Shown piece by piece: positions 63,978 to 64,000 of a stretch of 64,000 nucleotides of DNA (positions within the stretch are counted from its first letter, which is position 1; each line of letters opens with the position of its first letter). The notes under the pieces were generated by a model. It was not told where the DNA came from. It searched no databases and was given only the letters and a program-made list of their open reading frames with translations. The DNA is from a virus (taxonomy: Duplodnaviria; Heunggongvirae; Uroviricota; Caudoviricetes), in IMG/VR virus record IMGVR_UViG_2529292922_000010, one strand, 5' to 3'. The position numbers and the translations under genes are program-made.

Positions 63978-64000
63978 GGCTCGGCGCTGCCCGTTGGTGT
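63966..64000 (+). other. start of alternative tail-fibre cassette 3 (truncated by window end)
   Basis: GGTTTAGGGGAAGGCTCGGCGCTGCCCGTTGGTGT identical to cassette start in S. Confidence 0.6.

Overview
This window is a near-complete half of a P1-like (Punavirus-type) temperate phage-plasmid, read in reverse orientation relative to the canonical P1 map. All assignments rest on motif reading, gene order and recollection of P1 proteins; no database search was possible. Running left to right: the C1/Coi immunity region with multiple C1 operators; pacA/pacB terminase with the seven-GATC pac site; the phd-doc addiction module; LexA-controlled humD; hot; a long leftward block of small accessory genes (Ser/Thr phosphatase, HAD phosphatase, glycosyltransferase-like proteins, VRR-NUC and PD-(D/E)xK nucleases); a rightward tail/baseplate block; the Ban DnaB-like helicase; three tRNAs (Ile-CAU, Thr-UGU, Asn-GUU) separated by an array of degenerate tRNA-like repeats; the fused Dcm/Dam methyltransferase Dmt; the RdgC homologue; the oriR-incC-repA-incA plasmid replicon; parA-parB-parS; head/sheath/tail genes; repL, kilA and the immI region (ant, icd); and the sit-to-tail-fibre block. 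Elements that look like cargo or unusual organisation are: a T5orf172 (GIY-YIG-like) gene between incA and parA; a hok/mok/sok-type locus; a glycosyltransferase-like cluster; a secreted protein sharing a motif with the Sit injection protein; and a tail-fibre gene with a 300-bp tandem duplication followed by directly repeated receptor-binding cassettes, each preceded by a hix/cix-like 26-bp crossover site (a Min/Cin-type multi-cassette system whose invertase must lie beyond the window).
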